A stretch of DNA of 64,000 bases, taken from contig NC_086108.1 of NCBI RefSeq assembly GCF_963921235.1, positions 86,058,001 to 86,122,000 on the forward strand, written 5' to 3'. The notes under the pieces were generated by a model. The model ran no database searches and had not been told where the DNA came from. It worked only from the letters and a program-made list of their open reading frames with translations. Made by a program: the position numbers and the translations under genes. Positions 25,483-38,564 of the stretch are shown piece by piece. Source of the stretch: Mobula hypostoma (taxonomy: Eukaryota). Each line of letters starts with the position of its first letter. Within the stretch, counting starts at the first letter, position 1.

Positions 25483-26189
25483 AAATGACTTGATGAATGG
25501 ATAAAATGACCAGTCAAGGAAGAAATAGTGATAACGTGGAATTTAGCAGTTGATTCAAGAACCTTGGAAAATAACCTGATTTAAGAATCTGACTGGTGTT
25601 TGAAACATGAGAAGTACCAATGTTTGGAATCAGCAAGTAGATTCCAAAGCTCTCTTCTGGGTTTGTACAATCCAATGGACTACCTTCTTGGGAAAATATT
25701 TTGTTTTTGGTAAATACTAGTAAGTATTGACTAAGTAGACTCTCGAGAGTGCAGGTGGCCATCGCTGGTGGTGGGCGCTGCCTTGATGCCTGTTGGCAGA
25801 ACACAAACTTGTAGTTGGGTCCATTACTCTGTGCCAATTAAAGTGTCGAGCAAGATAAAATCATCGAGGATGAGAATGGAAATGGAACAGGTATTCAATG
25901 CCATCTACTGCGTTTGTCCTGTTTCCCTCTCTTTTTGCCACTACTGTCGAGCGGGACTTGTAGGAACCTTGGGTCCCACACCTCTGGGTTCGGGAGCAGA
26001 TGCTGCCCTGCAGCCATTGGGGTCCTGGAAGGGCTTCACTCACCTCACGAGAATGGGCTCTGCAGCTGTAGCTGTGGACTCACTTCCCAGGTCTCTGCAG
26101 TTCATGTTTTTATGTCTTTTTGTTTACATGTTTTTACTATCCGCATGATTTGATCAAGGCGCTTCAGTGCTGAACTGACCAAGCAGCTA

Positions 26190-26422
26190 TGGCCTGCAAC
26201 CATTGGCACTGGCACAGCGCTGAACTGGCCTGCAACCATTGGCACTGGCACAGCGCTGAACTGGCCTGCAGCCATTGGCACTGGCACAGCGCTGAACTGG
26301 CTTGCAGCCATTGGCACTGGCACAGCGCTGAACTGGCCTGCAGCCATTGGCACTGGCACAGCGCTGAACTGGCTTGCAGCCATTGGCACTGGCACAGCGC
26401 TGAACTGGCTTGCAGCCATTGG
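26190..26422. repeat. 36-bp minisatellite, about 6.5 copies
   Basis: Unit TGAACTGGC(C/T)TGCA(A/G)CCATTGGCACTGGCACAGCGC starting at 26221, 26257, 26293, 26329, 26365 and 26401 (partial), with a leading partial unit from 26190. Confidence 0.97.
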
Positions 26423-26745
26423 GCTCCTGAAGTCTTCATTCGCCTTCGGGCTGAACTGGCTGCGTGGCTGTGGAGTTACTTTCCAGGAATCTGCAGTTAA
26501 TGTTATGTGCATTATTTGTTTACATTTTTTATTCATTGTACAATTTATTCTTTCGTTCACGCGTTCAGCCTTTAACAGTCTTTATTGCCTGGGTTTTTTT
26601 TTTAAGCGTTCTTTGATTTGTGGCTGCCTGAATAAGAAGGTTAGAGGGGAAGGGAATACAAACTGGAAGGTGATAGGTGAAAACAGGTGAGGGGGAAGGT
26701 GGGTAAAGACAAACCTCAAGGTTTTATACAGTATACATACTTTGA

Positions 26746-27333
26746 GGTTCCAAGGTTGTCAAGCCGAGGAGTGGTAGTGGGGACAAGCTCCCACTACCTA
26801 GAAGTGCTCCTCACGGCATAAGCCTCAAATAGCCTCTGACAACCAAGTCCAACTCCTGGCCTTCTCATGTGGCTTAGCCTCTAAGCCCGGTGGAACTGTT
26901 TCTACTGACAGGAGAAGGGGGCGAAGGCGGGTCCTGGCGCCTTAAAACCAGTGCTTTGGGCAGATGGAGCTCGTCAGCCTGGGAAGACAGTCCATCCAAG
27001 AGAAGGAAATTCTGATCTTAACCCTCTGCTTGCAGCTATGCTCACTCATGGGACAGGCTTCAGGAGTAAACCCTGAGGACAAATCTGGAGCCGGAGTCTC
27101 TGAGGCAGTCCGACGTTGCCTTCAACCCCGTTCTGGCAACTCCTGCGACGACACTGGTGCCAAGCTGTATCGGCCCTTGCCCTTCCCTTGGACAACAAAT
27201 CAGTGTCGTGGAGAGGGGAGACTTGCTGCATGGGCAACTACCGGTCTTCCATACAATCTTGCCCAGGCCTGCACCTTGGAACTTTCCAGGCATACATCCA
27301 TGGTCTCGCAAGACTAACGGATGCCACCAATAC
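26746..27333 (+). mobile_element. Non-autonomous RTE-like retroelement with 10-bp TSD
   Basis: TSD CATACTTTGA at 26736-26745 and 27334-27343, inside a Rex/Babar-type tail. Contains CAGTCCATCCAAGAGAAGGAAATTCTGA, similar to an RTE 5' UTR motif (recalled). The 3' part is shared with the SINE at 20871-21185. Confidence 0.72.
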
Positions 27334-27384
27334 CATACTTTGATAATAAATGTACTCTGAACTTTGAACTTTGCTTTTAGTGCA

Positions 27385-27870
27385 ATAGATAGATAGATAT
27401 ACTTTATTAATCCCAAGGGAAATTTGGTTTTGTCACAGCCGCACCAACCAAGAATAGAGCGTAAATATAGCAATACAAAAAACCCCAACAATCAAACACC
27501 AAAATGCAAACTATGCCAGATGGAAAATAAGTCCAGGACTAGTCTATTGGCTCAGGGTGTCTGACCCTCCAAGGGAGGAGCTGCACGTTCAATGGCCACA
27601 GGCAGGAACGACCTCCCGTGCCACCAAATGTTGTGTCATGGTGGAATGTGGCCGAAGTCCAACAGTAAAAAGTTCAATATCCAGTCTGCAAACACGTTCC
27701 TCGATCATAATATACCCCGGATTGCACCATCCGTTGTTAGCCAGAACAGCAAGCACCCAACTCCTTTACGCTTACCACTCTCAGTGCACTTCCAGTCAGC
27801 TGGAACGGTATTACCCACTGAACTCCTCTTCTCCAAAAGACTCTGTTGTCTCGACCCGGTCCTCTTTCCT
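27385..27870 (-). mobile_element. Probable non-autonomous Rex1/Babar-like element with (TATC)n tail
   Basis: Plus strand begins ATAGATAGATAGATACTTTATTAATCCCAAGGGAAATT, a common fish LINE tail on the minus strand. A short ARGRSFLPVAI-like remnant lies near 27590-27620. Confidence 0.5.
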
Positions 27871-29384
27871 TGGCTTTGTGATCCCCCTGTGTGTGTTTTC
27901 CTCCGGATCACAAATGATCACAAATGTTAATTTTCTCTATTGGTTTGAATAAATATATAATATAATGTATAGTACATACCTTCAAGTACATATGTATTGT
28001 ACCTGGCTAATCTTCTTGGCCTACTAATCTATGTAGTAATAGCTCTGTTTGATATATGAAATATATGCTCTGTTGCACATAACTCTTCCTCACACACAAA
28101 CAAACAATAACACAAAAAATTCTGCAGATTCTGGAAATCTTGAGCAACACACACAAATACTGGAAGAATGCAATAGGTCAATTAGTATCTCTGGAGGGGA
28201 TAAACAGCTGATGTTTCAGACCCAGATCCTTCATTCAGACTGGAAAGGAAAGGGGAAGAACCCAGAATAAGAAGGTTGGGAGAGATGAAGTAGTACACGT
28301 TGGTAAGTGATAGGTGAAACCAGGTGAGAGGGAAGGTGGGTAAATATGTGGTGGGGGGGGTGTTGAAGTAAGAAGATAGGTTCTGATAGGTGGAAGGGAT
28401 AAAGGGCTGAAGAAGAAGGAATCTGACAGGAGAGGAAAGTAGAACCTTGAGGAAAGAAAGAAGAGGAGGGGCACCATATGGATGCGATGGGAGGTGATGA
28501 CCTCAATACAATAGCTATCACTATAGAGGTAGAACTGAACAAACTTGTGGGCCTGAAGATAGACAAGTCCCCTGGTCCTGATAGAATGCATTGCAAGGTA
28601 CTAAAAGAAATGGCAGAGGATATAGTAGAGGCTTTGGTGATAATTTACCAAAATTCCCTGGACTCTGGGCAGGTCCCAGCGGATTGGAAGACAGCAAATG
28701 TCATGCCACTGTTCAAAAAAGGATGTAGGCAAAAGGCAGGTAACTATAGGCCAGTTAGTTTAACAGCTGTAGTTGGGAAAATGCTAGAAGCTATCATTAA
28801 AGAAGAAAGAGCGAGGTATCTGGAAAGAAATACATCCATCAGGCAAACGCAGCATGGATTCAGCAAAGGTACGTCCTGTTTGACAAACTTACTGGAGTTC
28901 TTTGAGGACATAATGAGTGCAGTGGATAGAGCGGAACAGATGGATGTTATTTACTTGGATTTCCAGAAAGCATTTGATAAGGTGCCACATAAAAGACTTA
29001 TCTGTAAGATTAGGATGCATAGAGATGGGGGTGATGTATTGGCATGGTTAGTGAATTGGTAAACTAATAGAAAGCAGAGAGTTGGGATACATGGATGTTA
29101 CACTGGTTGGCAATCAGTGGTGAGCGTTGTGTCGCAGAGGTCGGTGCTGCGCCTGCAACTGTTCACAACATACATTAACGATCTGGAAGAAGGGACCAAG
29201 TGTAGTGTATCTAAGTTTGCTGATGATACTAAATTGAGTGAAAAAGCAAATTGTGCAGTAGATGTGGAGAATCTTTAGAGAGATGTAGGCAAGTTAAGTG
29301 AGTGGGCAAGGGTCTGGCAGATGGAATACAATGTTGGTAAATGCGAGGTCATCCACTTAGGAAGGAAAAATGGAAGAGCAGATT

Positions 29385-30135
29385 ATTGAATTGAATTGAC
29401 TTTATTTCTTGCATCCTTCAGATACATGAAGAGTAAAAATCTTTACATTCTGTCACCATCTAAATGTGCAATGTGCAATTTATAGTAATATGCAATAAAT
29501 CGTATGTACAAACAGGATAGTCAATATAGCATAGAAATACAATTGTATCCATGTGAATTAATCAGTCTGATGGTCTGGTGGAAGAAGCTATCCTGGAGCC
29601 AGTTGGTCCTGGCTTTTATGCTGCGATACCATTTCCCGGATGTTAGTGGCTGAACAGTTTGTGGTTGGGGTGACTCGGTTCCCCAAGGATCCTTCAGGCA
29701 TTTTTTACGCACCTGTTTCTATAAGTGTCCTGAATAGTGGGAAGTTCACACCTACAGATGTGCTGGGCTGTGCTCACCACTCTACAGCTTCCTGTGATTG
29801 AGGGAAATAAGTTCCCACACCAGGCAGTGATGCAGCCAGTCAGGATGCTCTCGATTGTGCCCCTGCAGAAATTTCTTAGAATCTGGGGACTCAGGCCAAA
29901 CTTCTTCAACTGTCTGAGGTGAAAGAGGCGCTGTTGTGCTTTTTTCACCACACAGCTGGTATGTACAGATCATGTGAGGTCCTTGGTGATGTGTATGCTG
30001 AGAAACTTAAAGCTGTTAACCCCTTCAACCCCAGATCCACTGATGTCAATAGGGGTTAGCCTGTCTCCGATCCTCCTGTAGTCCACAACCAGCTCCTTTG
30101 TTTTGTGACATTGAGGAAGAGGTTGTTTTCTTGAT
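29385..30135 (-). mobile_element. Rex1/Babar LINE 3' fragment nested in CR1
   Basis: VKKAQQRLFHLRQLKKFGLSPQILRNFCRGTIESILTGCITAW and SGKWYRSIKARTNWLQDSFF; tail (CAATT)n. Confidence 0.88.
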
Positions 30136-30378
30136 GACTTCTATTGTTATTTAAATGGTAAAAAAAATTGCAGCATGCTACAGTGCAGAGGGACTTGGGA
30201 GTGCTTGTGCATGAATCACCAACGGTTGGTTTGAAGGTGCAGCAGGCAATCAAGAAGGCAAATGGGATGTTGGCCTTCATTGCTAGAGGGATTGAATTTA
30301 AGAGCAGGAAGGTTATGCTGCAACTGAACTGGGTACCTGGAGTACTGCATGCAGTTCTGGTCTCCTTACCTGAGGAAG

Positions 30379-31105
30379 GAATCAGAATCAGAATCAGGTT
30401 TATTATCACTGGCATGTGTCGTGAAATTTGTTAACCTAGCAGCAGCAGTTCAATGCAATACATAATATAGAAGAATAAGAAAAATATATAAAATAATAAA
30501 TAAGTACATAAATTACAGTATATGTACATTGAATAGATTAAAAATCATGCAAAAATAGAAATACTGTATATTAAAAAAGTGAGGTAGTCTTCACAGGTTC
30601 AATGTCCATTTAGGATCAGATGGCAGAGGGGAAGAAGCTGTTCCTGAATTGCTGAATGTGTGCCTTCAGGCTTCTGTATGTCCTACCTGATGATAACAAT
30701 GAGAAAAGGACATGCCCTGGGTGCTGGAGGTCCTTAATAATGGACACTGCCTTTCTGAGACACTGCCCCTTGAAGATGTCCTGTGTACTTTGTAGGCTAG
30801 TACCCAAGATGCAGCCAACTAAATTTACAACCCCCTGCAGCTTCTTTCAGTCCTATGCAGTAGCCTCCCCCCATATGAGACAGTGATGCAGCCTGTCAGA
30901 ATGCTCTCCACGGTACATTTATAGAAGTTTTTCAGTGTTTTTGTTGAAATACCAAATCTTTTCAAACTCCTATATAACCATATAACAATTACAGCGCGGA
31001 AATATGGAGTATATAGTATATATACTATGAAGTATAGTCGCTGTCTTGCCTTCGTTATAATTGCATCGATATGTTGGGACCAGGTTAGGTCCTCAGAGAT
31101 CTTGA
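30379..31105 (-). mobile_element. Rex1/Babar LINE 3' fragment nested in CR1
   Basis: SIIKDLQHPGHVLFSLLSSGRTYRSLK...FRNSFFPSAI; tail (TTCTGA)n at about 30380-30397. Confidence 0.88.
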
Positions 31106-32889
31106 GGACATACTGGCTTTGGAGGCAGAGCAGAAGTTGTTCACCAGGTTGATTCTAGAGATGAGGGAGTTAGACTACGAGGAAAGATTGAGTTGCCTGG
31201 GACTGGAATTCAGAAGATGAGAGGAGATCTTATAGAAAAATATAAAATTATGAAAGGGATAGATAAGATAGAGGCAGGAAAGTTGTTTCCATTGATATGT
31301 GAAACTAGAACTAGGGGACATAGACTCAAGATTCGCGGGAGTAGATTTAGGACAGAGGTGAAGAGGAATTGCTTTTCCTAGAGAGTGGAGAATCTGTGGA
31401 ATTCTCTGCCCAATGAAGCAGTGGTGGCTACCTTAGTAAATATATTTAAGACAAAGTTAGGTAGATTTTTTGCATAATAGAGAAATTAAGGGTTATGGGG
31501 AAAAGGCAGGTAGGTGGAGATGAATCTATGGCCAGATCAGCCATGATCTTATTGAATAATGGAGCAGGCCCATAATGGAGCAGGCTCGATGGGCCAGATG
31601 GCCGACTCCTGCTCCTATTTCTTATGTTCTCATGTTCTTGTAAGAAGGTGATGGATAGGTGAGAAGAAGAAAAAGAATGAGAGGGGTACCAGAATAGGGA
31701 ATGGGAAAAAAAGTGAAGGGGAAGGGGGGAGAAATTACTGGAAGATAGAGCATTCGATGCTCATGCCATCAGGTTGGAATACGAAGTGTTGCTTCTCTAA
31801 CTTGAATGTAACCTCATAGTGGCAGTAGAAAGGAGACTGTGGATTGACATGTTGGAATGGGAATGGGGAAGTGGAATTGAAATGGGTGGCCTCTAGGACA
31901 TCCCACCATTTTGTGTCAGATGGAACAAAGGAGCACTCCGAACTGGTCTCCCAATCTACATCAAGTCTCAATGTTGCAGAGGAGACTGCCTCAGGAGCAG
32001 TGAATACAGTAGATGACCCCAACAGACTTGCAGGCGATATGTTGAGTCTCCTGGAAGGATACACACACACAACCAACATTTTGTACAACTAAGAAAGTAG
32101 TGTGATTTATAGATTTTTAGATTTTTAAATTCATTATTATTAAATGGAATGTATTGATTGCATACTTATTAAATTTTTATAAACTAGGTGCAATGATTAT
32201 TGTGTCGGTCATTTAATATGGGAGACAATGGCAAATGTGAGATAAATAGAAATTACATCCATTGATTATTTTATTGATTTGCCTGCAACAATTCAAACCA
32301 TGGATAAGTTAAGAAAATAAAGAGCTAGGAATAAAAGATACAGAAAAAAATCCAATATATTTTTGTAGAAATTAAGTGTAAGTTATTGCACATTTTACAG
32401 CATTTCAAATTCTTTTGTTCACTTTTAAAATCATTTTCTAACATCTGGATAAAAATGACAAAGGAGAAAATTTGTACGGGAAATTTAAAGGGCAAAACCA
32501 ATAATATTTTCATGAAGAATTATTTTACAATGTATGTTGAATGTAAGTTGGAAATGTTTCCCTAATAAAATTATTTGTAAAATATTGATAATTCCATAAT
32601 AAAAAGCAGATAAAAATTAATATTTAAATGTTCCACTAACGACTTCCTGGAAAACTCCACAAACTATATGAAGATATTTGTGACTACACGTATGTTGCAT
32701 GGGGTCACCTTTCAATCAAGTAATACTGGCTTGATCAAGGTGATCTGACCAGTAGCATTTCCAAACTGGATGGGAGATGTTTTATTGATATAACCAATAA
32801 ACTGATGAAGGAGACAACTATTGGTCAAATAGTGCCAACTCTGTTTTCAGAACTGGAAGAAGGTCACAATTATTTCAGGAGAAGCAGTT

Positions 32890-33443
32890 TCAGAATCAGA
32901 ATCAGAGTCGGGTTTAATATTACTGGCATGTGTTGTAAAATATTTTTGACTCTGCAGCAGCAGTGCAATGCAGTACATAATAATAGAGAACTAAAACTGA
33001 GATACTGCCTATATATATATATATGTGTGTAATTAAATTACATAAGTAGTGCAAAAATAGAAATAAGAAAGCAGAGTAAACACGAGGAATTCTGCAGACG
33101 CTGGAAATTCAAGCAACACACATCAAAGTTGCTGGTGAACGTAGCAGACCAGGCAGCATCTCTAGGAAGAGGTACAGTCGATGTTTCGGGCCGAGACCCT
33201 TCGTCAGGACTAACTGAAGGAAGAGCTAGTAAGAGATTTGAAAGTGGGAGGGGGAGGGGGAGATCCAAAATGATAGGAGAAGACAGGAGGGGGAGGGATG
33301 GAGCCAAGAGCTGGACAGGTGATTGGCAAAAGGGATATGAGAGGATCATGGGACAGGAGGTCCGGGGAGAAGGAAAAGGGGGAGGGGGGGAAAACCCAGA
33401 GGATGGGCAAGGGGTATAGTCAGAGGGACAGAGGGAGAAAAAG

Positions 33444-33475
<32 letters not shown>

Positions 33476-34545
33476 AGCAGAGGTAGTGTTCATGGATTCA
33501 ATGTCCACTCAGAAATTAGATGGCAGAGGGGAAGAAGATGTTTCTGAATTGTTGAGTGTGTGCCTTCAGGCTTCTTTACCTCCTTCCTGATGGTAAGAAT
33601 GAGACCAAGGCATGACCTGGGTGATGTGGGTCCCTAATGATGGATGCCACCTTTCTGGGGCATTCTTGATGATGTCCTAGGTACCATGGAGGCTTGTGCT
33701 CATGATGGAGTTGACTCAGTTTACAACCACCTGCAGCTTACTTCGATCCTGTGCAGTAGCAACCCCCACCCCCCACAAACCAGATGGTGACACAGTCAGT
33801 TAGGTTGCTCTCCACAGTACATCTGTAGAAATTTTTAAGAGTTTTTGGTGACATACTAAATCTTCTCAAACTCCTAACGAAATACAGCCACTGTTGTGCC
33901 TTCTTTGGAGGTGCATCAATATGCTGGCTCCAGGTTAGATCCTCAGAGATCTTGGCACCTGGGAACTTGAAATTGCTTACTCTCTCCACTTCTGATCTCT
34001 CAATGAGGACTGATGTGTGTTCCCTTGTCTTACCCTTTCTGAAGTTCACAATCAGTTCTTTGGTCTTACTGATGTTGAGTGCAACACCACTTAACGAGCT
34101 GATACATCTTGCTCCTGTACACCCTTTTGTCACCATCTGAAATTCTGCCAACAATGGTTGTATCATTAACAAAATTATAGATGGTGTTTGAGCTGTGCCT
34201 TGCCACACAGTCATGAGTGTAGGGATAATAGAGCAGTGGGCTAAGCACACATCCCTGAAGTGCACCAGTGTTAATTGTCAACAAGGTGGAGATGTTGTTT
34301 ACAATCCACACAGATCGTGCTCTTCTAGTTAGGAAGTCAGAGATCCAGTTGCAGAGGGAGGCCCAGGTTCCGGGGCTTTTTGATTAGAACTGTAGGAACG
34401 ATGGTGTTAAAATGCTGAGCTGCAGTCAATAAATAGCATCGTGACAAAGATATTTGTATTGTCCAGGTGATCCATGGCTGCGTTAAAAACCAATGAGATT
34501 GTGTCCGCCATAGACCTATTGTGGTGATAGGCAAAATACAGTGGG
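32890..34545 (-). mobile_element. Rex1/Babar LINE RT fragment with a nested Penelope piece
   Basis: [40 protein letters not shown] and KKAQQWLYFVRSLRRF; tail (TTCTGA)n at about 32890-32905. Confidence 0.88.
33077..33473 (-). mobile_element. Young Penelope-like 3' fragment with TSD
   Basis: Very similar to 49786-50160. TSD AAAGCAGAG at 33068-33076 and 33474-33482. Hammerhead motif at 33176-33211. Confidence 0.9.
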
Positions 34546-35804
34546 TAAAAACAATTGAAAATTTTAGAGACCTCTTTAATAATGTAGCTTCCTATTGTTG
34601 TAAAGATGTGTTAGCAAAGTTGTGAGGACTACTTCAAGGGTTTGAGAAAGGAAATCCTTTCCCTTTGAGACTTTGCTTATTTTTGAATGAGGTATGAAGG
34701 ATATAATCTACTTAGGGCAGCATGGTTCCAACAACTCTGGTTTGAGTCTGACATCTGGTGTCGCCTGTGTGAAGTTTGAATTTTCTTACTATGACCGGCA
34801 TGGATTTGCTCTCATGGAAAGAGAGGGATAGGTTAAAATGGTTCAAGAAAGAGTTAACTGTAATCATCCACAGTGCTGCTGACTGATGAATCAACAGGGT
34901 GTTAATGAGAATGTGTGAAAAAATACCTTATAAGGACCTAAGTAGGGGAATAGGATTGTTCTGAGACCTGCCATAGGTCTGATGAGATTATTGCTTGAGT
35001 AACAGTTGACCTTTTGGGAATATGTATACATGAAAGAAAACCCAGAGTTGTAGAAATGGATGGCATGCAAAACAATTTTTTTTAACATTGTACCTAGCAA
35101 CATGTGACAGAACTTATCTAATTTACCTGAAATTCAGTGACCATCATTTCAGCAAAATGCAAAGTTAACTTTCCAACCAGTCTTTTTGGATTAGAGTATA
35201 TTACAGAATAATGCTATTATGAAGTTTAAAATGAGTTTCTTCCACACAGTGGGTCCTAATTATATTAAAATTATAATCACTATATAATCCTGCCGACCCA
35301 GATTTTTAAAATTTGTCTAATTGTTGTGAAAGAGCCTCATTCATTAATTGTCTATTGTTTTTACATGTTGCATAATAATGTGATGAATTAGGCTTCCATT
35401 TAGCATGATTTCAAACTTTATGAAGAATAATTTTCTGGAGTGAATGACAAAATGTTTTGAAATTTTACTGACATATTACTGGCTTGATGAACTAACATTG
35501 GTTTTACTTCTCTAACAGTGTTGGCTGCTGTGTGGCTGTCTGAAACTCCTGGGGCTTATTTTAGGATGTCTTTCACTGTCATACTTTGGTGACATTAAAG
35601 AATTAACATTTTTTGTTGATTCTATATAAAGCAGCATGTTGCCATTCCCAATAAACATCTCATCTGGTTTGTAGATTATGTGGAGCCCACTCATTTTGAT
35701 TGGAGATCTGGTCTGTGAAACAAATTTGATTCAGTTCTTCTGTTCACATGTTGGATTGAACACTGAAACACAAAATGAAGGACACCACTATTTTCTGTAA
35801 TAAG

Positions 35805-36395
35805 GGAGGACTAGAATATAAAAGCAATGATGTAACGCTGAGGCTTCATAACGCATTGATCAGACCACATTTGGAGTTTTATGAGCAGTCTTGGGTCTCT
35901 TATCTGAGAAACGACGTGCAGGAGTTGGAGAGGGTTCCAGAGAAGGTTCATGAGAATGATCCTGGGAATGAAAGGGTTAACGCATGGGAAGCATTTGATG
36001 GCTCTTGGCCTGTACATATTGGAGCTTAGAAGAATGAATGGAGATCTCATTGAAACTTGTTGAATACTGTAGGGCCTAGAAGCCAGAGTGGACATGGAGA
36101 GGATCTTTCCAGTTGTCTAAGATCAGAGGACAGTCTCAGAAAACCAAGATATTCCTTTAGAACAGAGATGAGGAATTTATTTATCCAGAAGGCATTGAAT
36201 CTGTGTAATTCATTTCCACAGACAGCTGTGGAGGCCAAGTCATTGGGGATATTTAAAACGTAGGATGAATGCTACTTGTTTAGAAAGGGCATCAAAGGTT
36301 ACAGCGAGAAGGGAGGAGAATGGGTATGAGAGGAATAATAGATCAGCCAAGATGTGCTGAATGGTCTAGTTATGCTCCTATGTCTTATGGTCTAA
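35805..36395 (+). mobile_element. CR1 3' fragment
   Basis: GLEYKS...LIRPHLEFYEQSW and FRTEMRNLFIQ; tail GCTCCTATGTCTTATGGTCT. Confidence 0.85.
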
Positions 36396-37574
36396 GTGAC
36401 TCCTTTCATTATTCAACATGGATGTGGAAAATATTTTTAGTATTCCAAAGTTTTAGACAAGTAAACTAAAAATTAGCAATATACGCAAAAAAAAATACTG
36501 AGTTGACTAGCTGAGTTCCTCAGTTGACCTGAGTTGGCCCGTTACTTAGTATTTATTGGAATCTTTATTCTTTGGTGCATTGAATTACATATATTTGAAG
36601 CTCTAATTTGAAACTTAGCAATGTGAATTTCAGAACTGTGATCGTTATGGATTGAGGTCCATGTTATCATGGGTTTAATGTTGCACAGCAGTTACTGCTG
36701 TTGCTAGACAATCCCAGTGAATCAGGTTGACTCTGGCCTAGTGTTCTTTCTGTGACAGCATCAGTACTTCAGCTTCCTCTCACAATTTAATGATATGTTA
36801 ATAGGTTAATCCAATACTGTGAATCATGCTTCAACAGTAGGGTAATGGTAAAACAAATAGACTATTGATTGGCATGTATTGGAGGGAATAAGTGTAGAGG
36901 AACAGATCCTCCTCAGGAAATGAACGGCTAATAAATTAGCAGCCTTTGCATGCATAAAAGCATTTAGGAAACCAGTAGGATGGATTTGTTGGCAGCTGAA
37001 GGGCTGCAGGCATCTTTTTCCATGTAGGAGTTCGGACCATGGCCACTTTTCTGACTTGAAAACTGTTCGAGTTATAAGCAGTTCACAGGAACCAAACCAA
37101 ACTCTTTCATCACCCGTTGAGCAGCTGTGCAGATAAATAGAGAGGGAATGATACTCGTGAGATTGTTTGTATGGAGGGTGGCATTGACCTATTGGACTAA
37201 CAGGCCTCCTGTATTGTTAAAGTATAATTTTCTCCAGAAAATTTACTGTAGATACTAAAATGCCTCTGAGGTGGCCAGGATATGGCTTTAGATTGAAACC
37301 CTGTGTAAACTCAAAGCTTGAAGTCCCTCTTCAACGATCATTCCTTCAATCATTTAGAAAGCAACAGGCAAATCTTAATCAAAAGGTCTTTTTAAAATCT
37401 TTATAATCTTAATTATTAGTTCAATCCAGAAAGGTGTGGAGTGATATACTTTGGAAGGACAAACTTAAAGGCAGAGTACAGGGCTAATGGGAGGATTCTT
37501 AGCAAAGTGGAGTAATTCAAAGTTGCCATGCAAATTAATAGGGTGGTTGAGAAGGTATATAGTATCTTGGTCTT

Positions 37575-38413
37575 CAAGTCCAAGTTGAAGTTTAATTGTC
37601 TTTCGGCCATACACATGAATGCAGCCAAATGAAAGAGTGTTCCTCCAGGCGCAAGGTGCAAAACGCAGTACCAACTGTCACACACAGCACATATAGCATA
37701 TAGTAATGATAGCAGAAAAACATACTGTCAAAAAGAATAATAATACAGTCACATCTCTGAGTGTCATGACCTTTAGATTGATGGTGCATGGGACATTGTC
37801 CTGCAGCCACGTTTCTTCAAGAGCAAGTACACAACAGTTCCTCATCTCGCTCTGGGTCAGCTGCAGATGAACACAACCCATATTGTCCTCCACTGAGGAA
37901 ACACTGGAGAACAGCACCAACATGTTGGGCCAGCCCCCAACCGACCATGGACTTGAACTTTCTCCCACACTGGCTCTGACGCCTACTTCCCGAGGCGGAT
38001 GCCCCAGGAGACACCGCGGCATGAGTGCCTGGTCCACGCAACAATCAATGCTGCACAAATTCTCTTGCCCACAGCTGCCCTACCATCGGTCTCGCTAAAG
38101 AACTAGTGAACCAGACTTCCAGTACTCTACATTACCAATGTCCAATGGGGTCTTGCAATCATAAGAAAAGCATCCAAGCTCTGCATCCTGCCTCTGATGC
38201 AGTGCAGTACATCACAGAGCACGTCCAGCTCTATGCTATCCAGCAACTCGCTAATGGGCAACACATGAGTTAAAAATAGACTGCAACACTTGGATGTTCA
38301 AAATAACCAGCAGTGTCTTTCAATCATAAAAAAGGCAAAGGATGAATAATTACACCTTAGTTTGTTCTTAGAGAGGCGGCTGGGACCGAGAGCCCTGCCA
38401 TCTTACTGGAAGG
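37575..38413 (-). mobile_element. Internally deleted Rex1/Babar-type element retaining both termini
   Basis: 5' end CTTCCAGTAAGATGGC at about 38413. Endonuclease N-terminus LQLTQSEMRNCCVLALEETWLQDNVP runs directly into the 3' UTR, which ends in (AACTTG)-like repeats. Confidence 0.72.
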
Positions 38414-38564
38414 GTAAGTTCTTTAGTTGGGGGATTGAGTTCTAGAGTTGCGGAGTAATGTTCGGATCTATAATACTCCGATAGACCACACTTGGAGTAT
38501 TGTGTTCATTTCTGGTTGCCTTCTTATAAGAAAGATGTAAAAGGACTAGAAAGCATGTTTTATG

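Larger units (their letters stand above)
28477..31639 (+). mobile_element. CR1 LINE RT half carrying two nested Rex1/Babar inserts
   Basis: ORF 28478-29062 (KSPGPD, NYRPVSLT, YLDFQKAFDKVPH). Resumes at about 30140-30378 (QRDLGVLVH...KKANGML) and 31105-31639. Tail CTCCTATTTCTTATGTTCT. Confidence 0.9.
28108..32050 (-). mobile_element. Old Penelope-like 3' fragment split by a CR1 insertion (pieces about 28108-28476 and 31640-32050)
   Basis: The 3' UTR is collinear across the insert. ORF 31735-32088(-) ends VTFKLEKQHFVFQPDGMSIE (GIY-YIG C-terminus). Confidence 0.75.

Noticed and set aside
26190..26422. CRISPR array (36-bp repeats)
   Set aside because: Units are directly adjacent with no unique spacers, there are no cas genes, and the context is eukaryotic. 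It is a minisatellite.
33038..33508. Recurrent ORF family (...LALPSVSPDEGSRPETSTVPLPRDAAW...) suggesting a multicopy small protein
   Set aside because: This is a translation of the Penelope 3' UTR. The SPDEGSRPET peptide is simply the hammerhead sequence, and frames and starts differ among copies.
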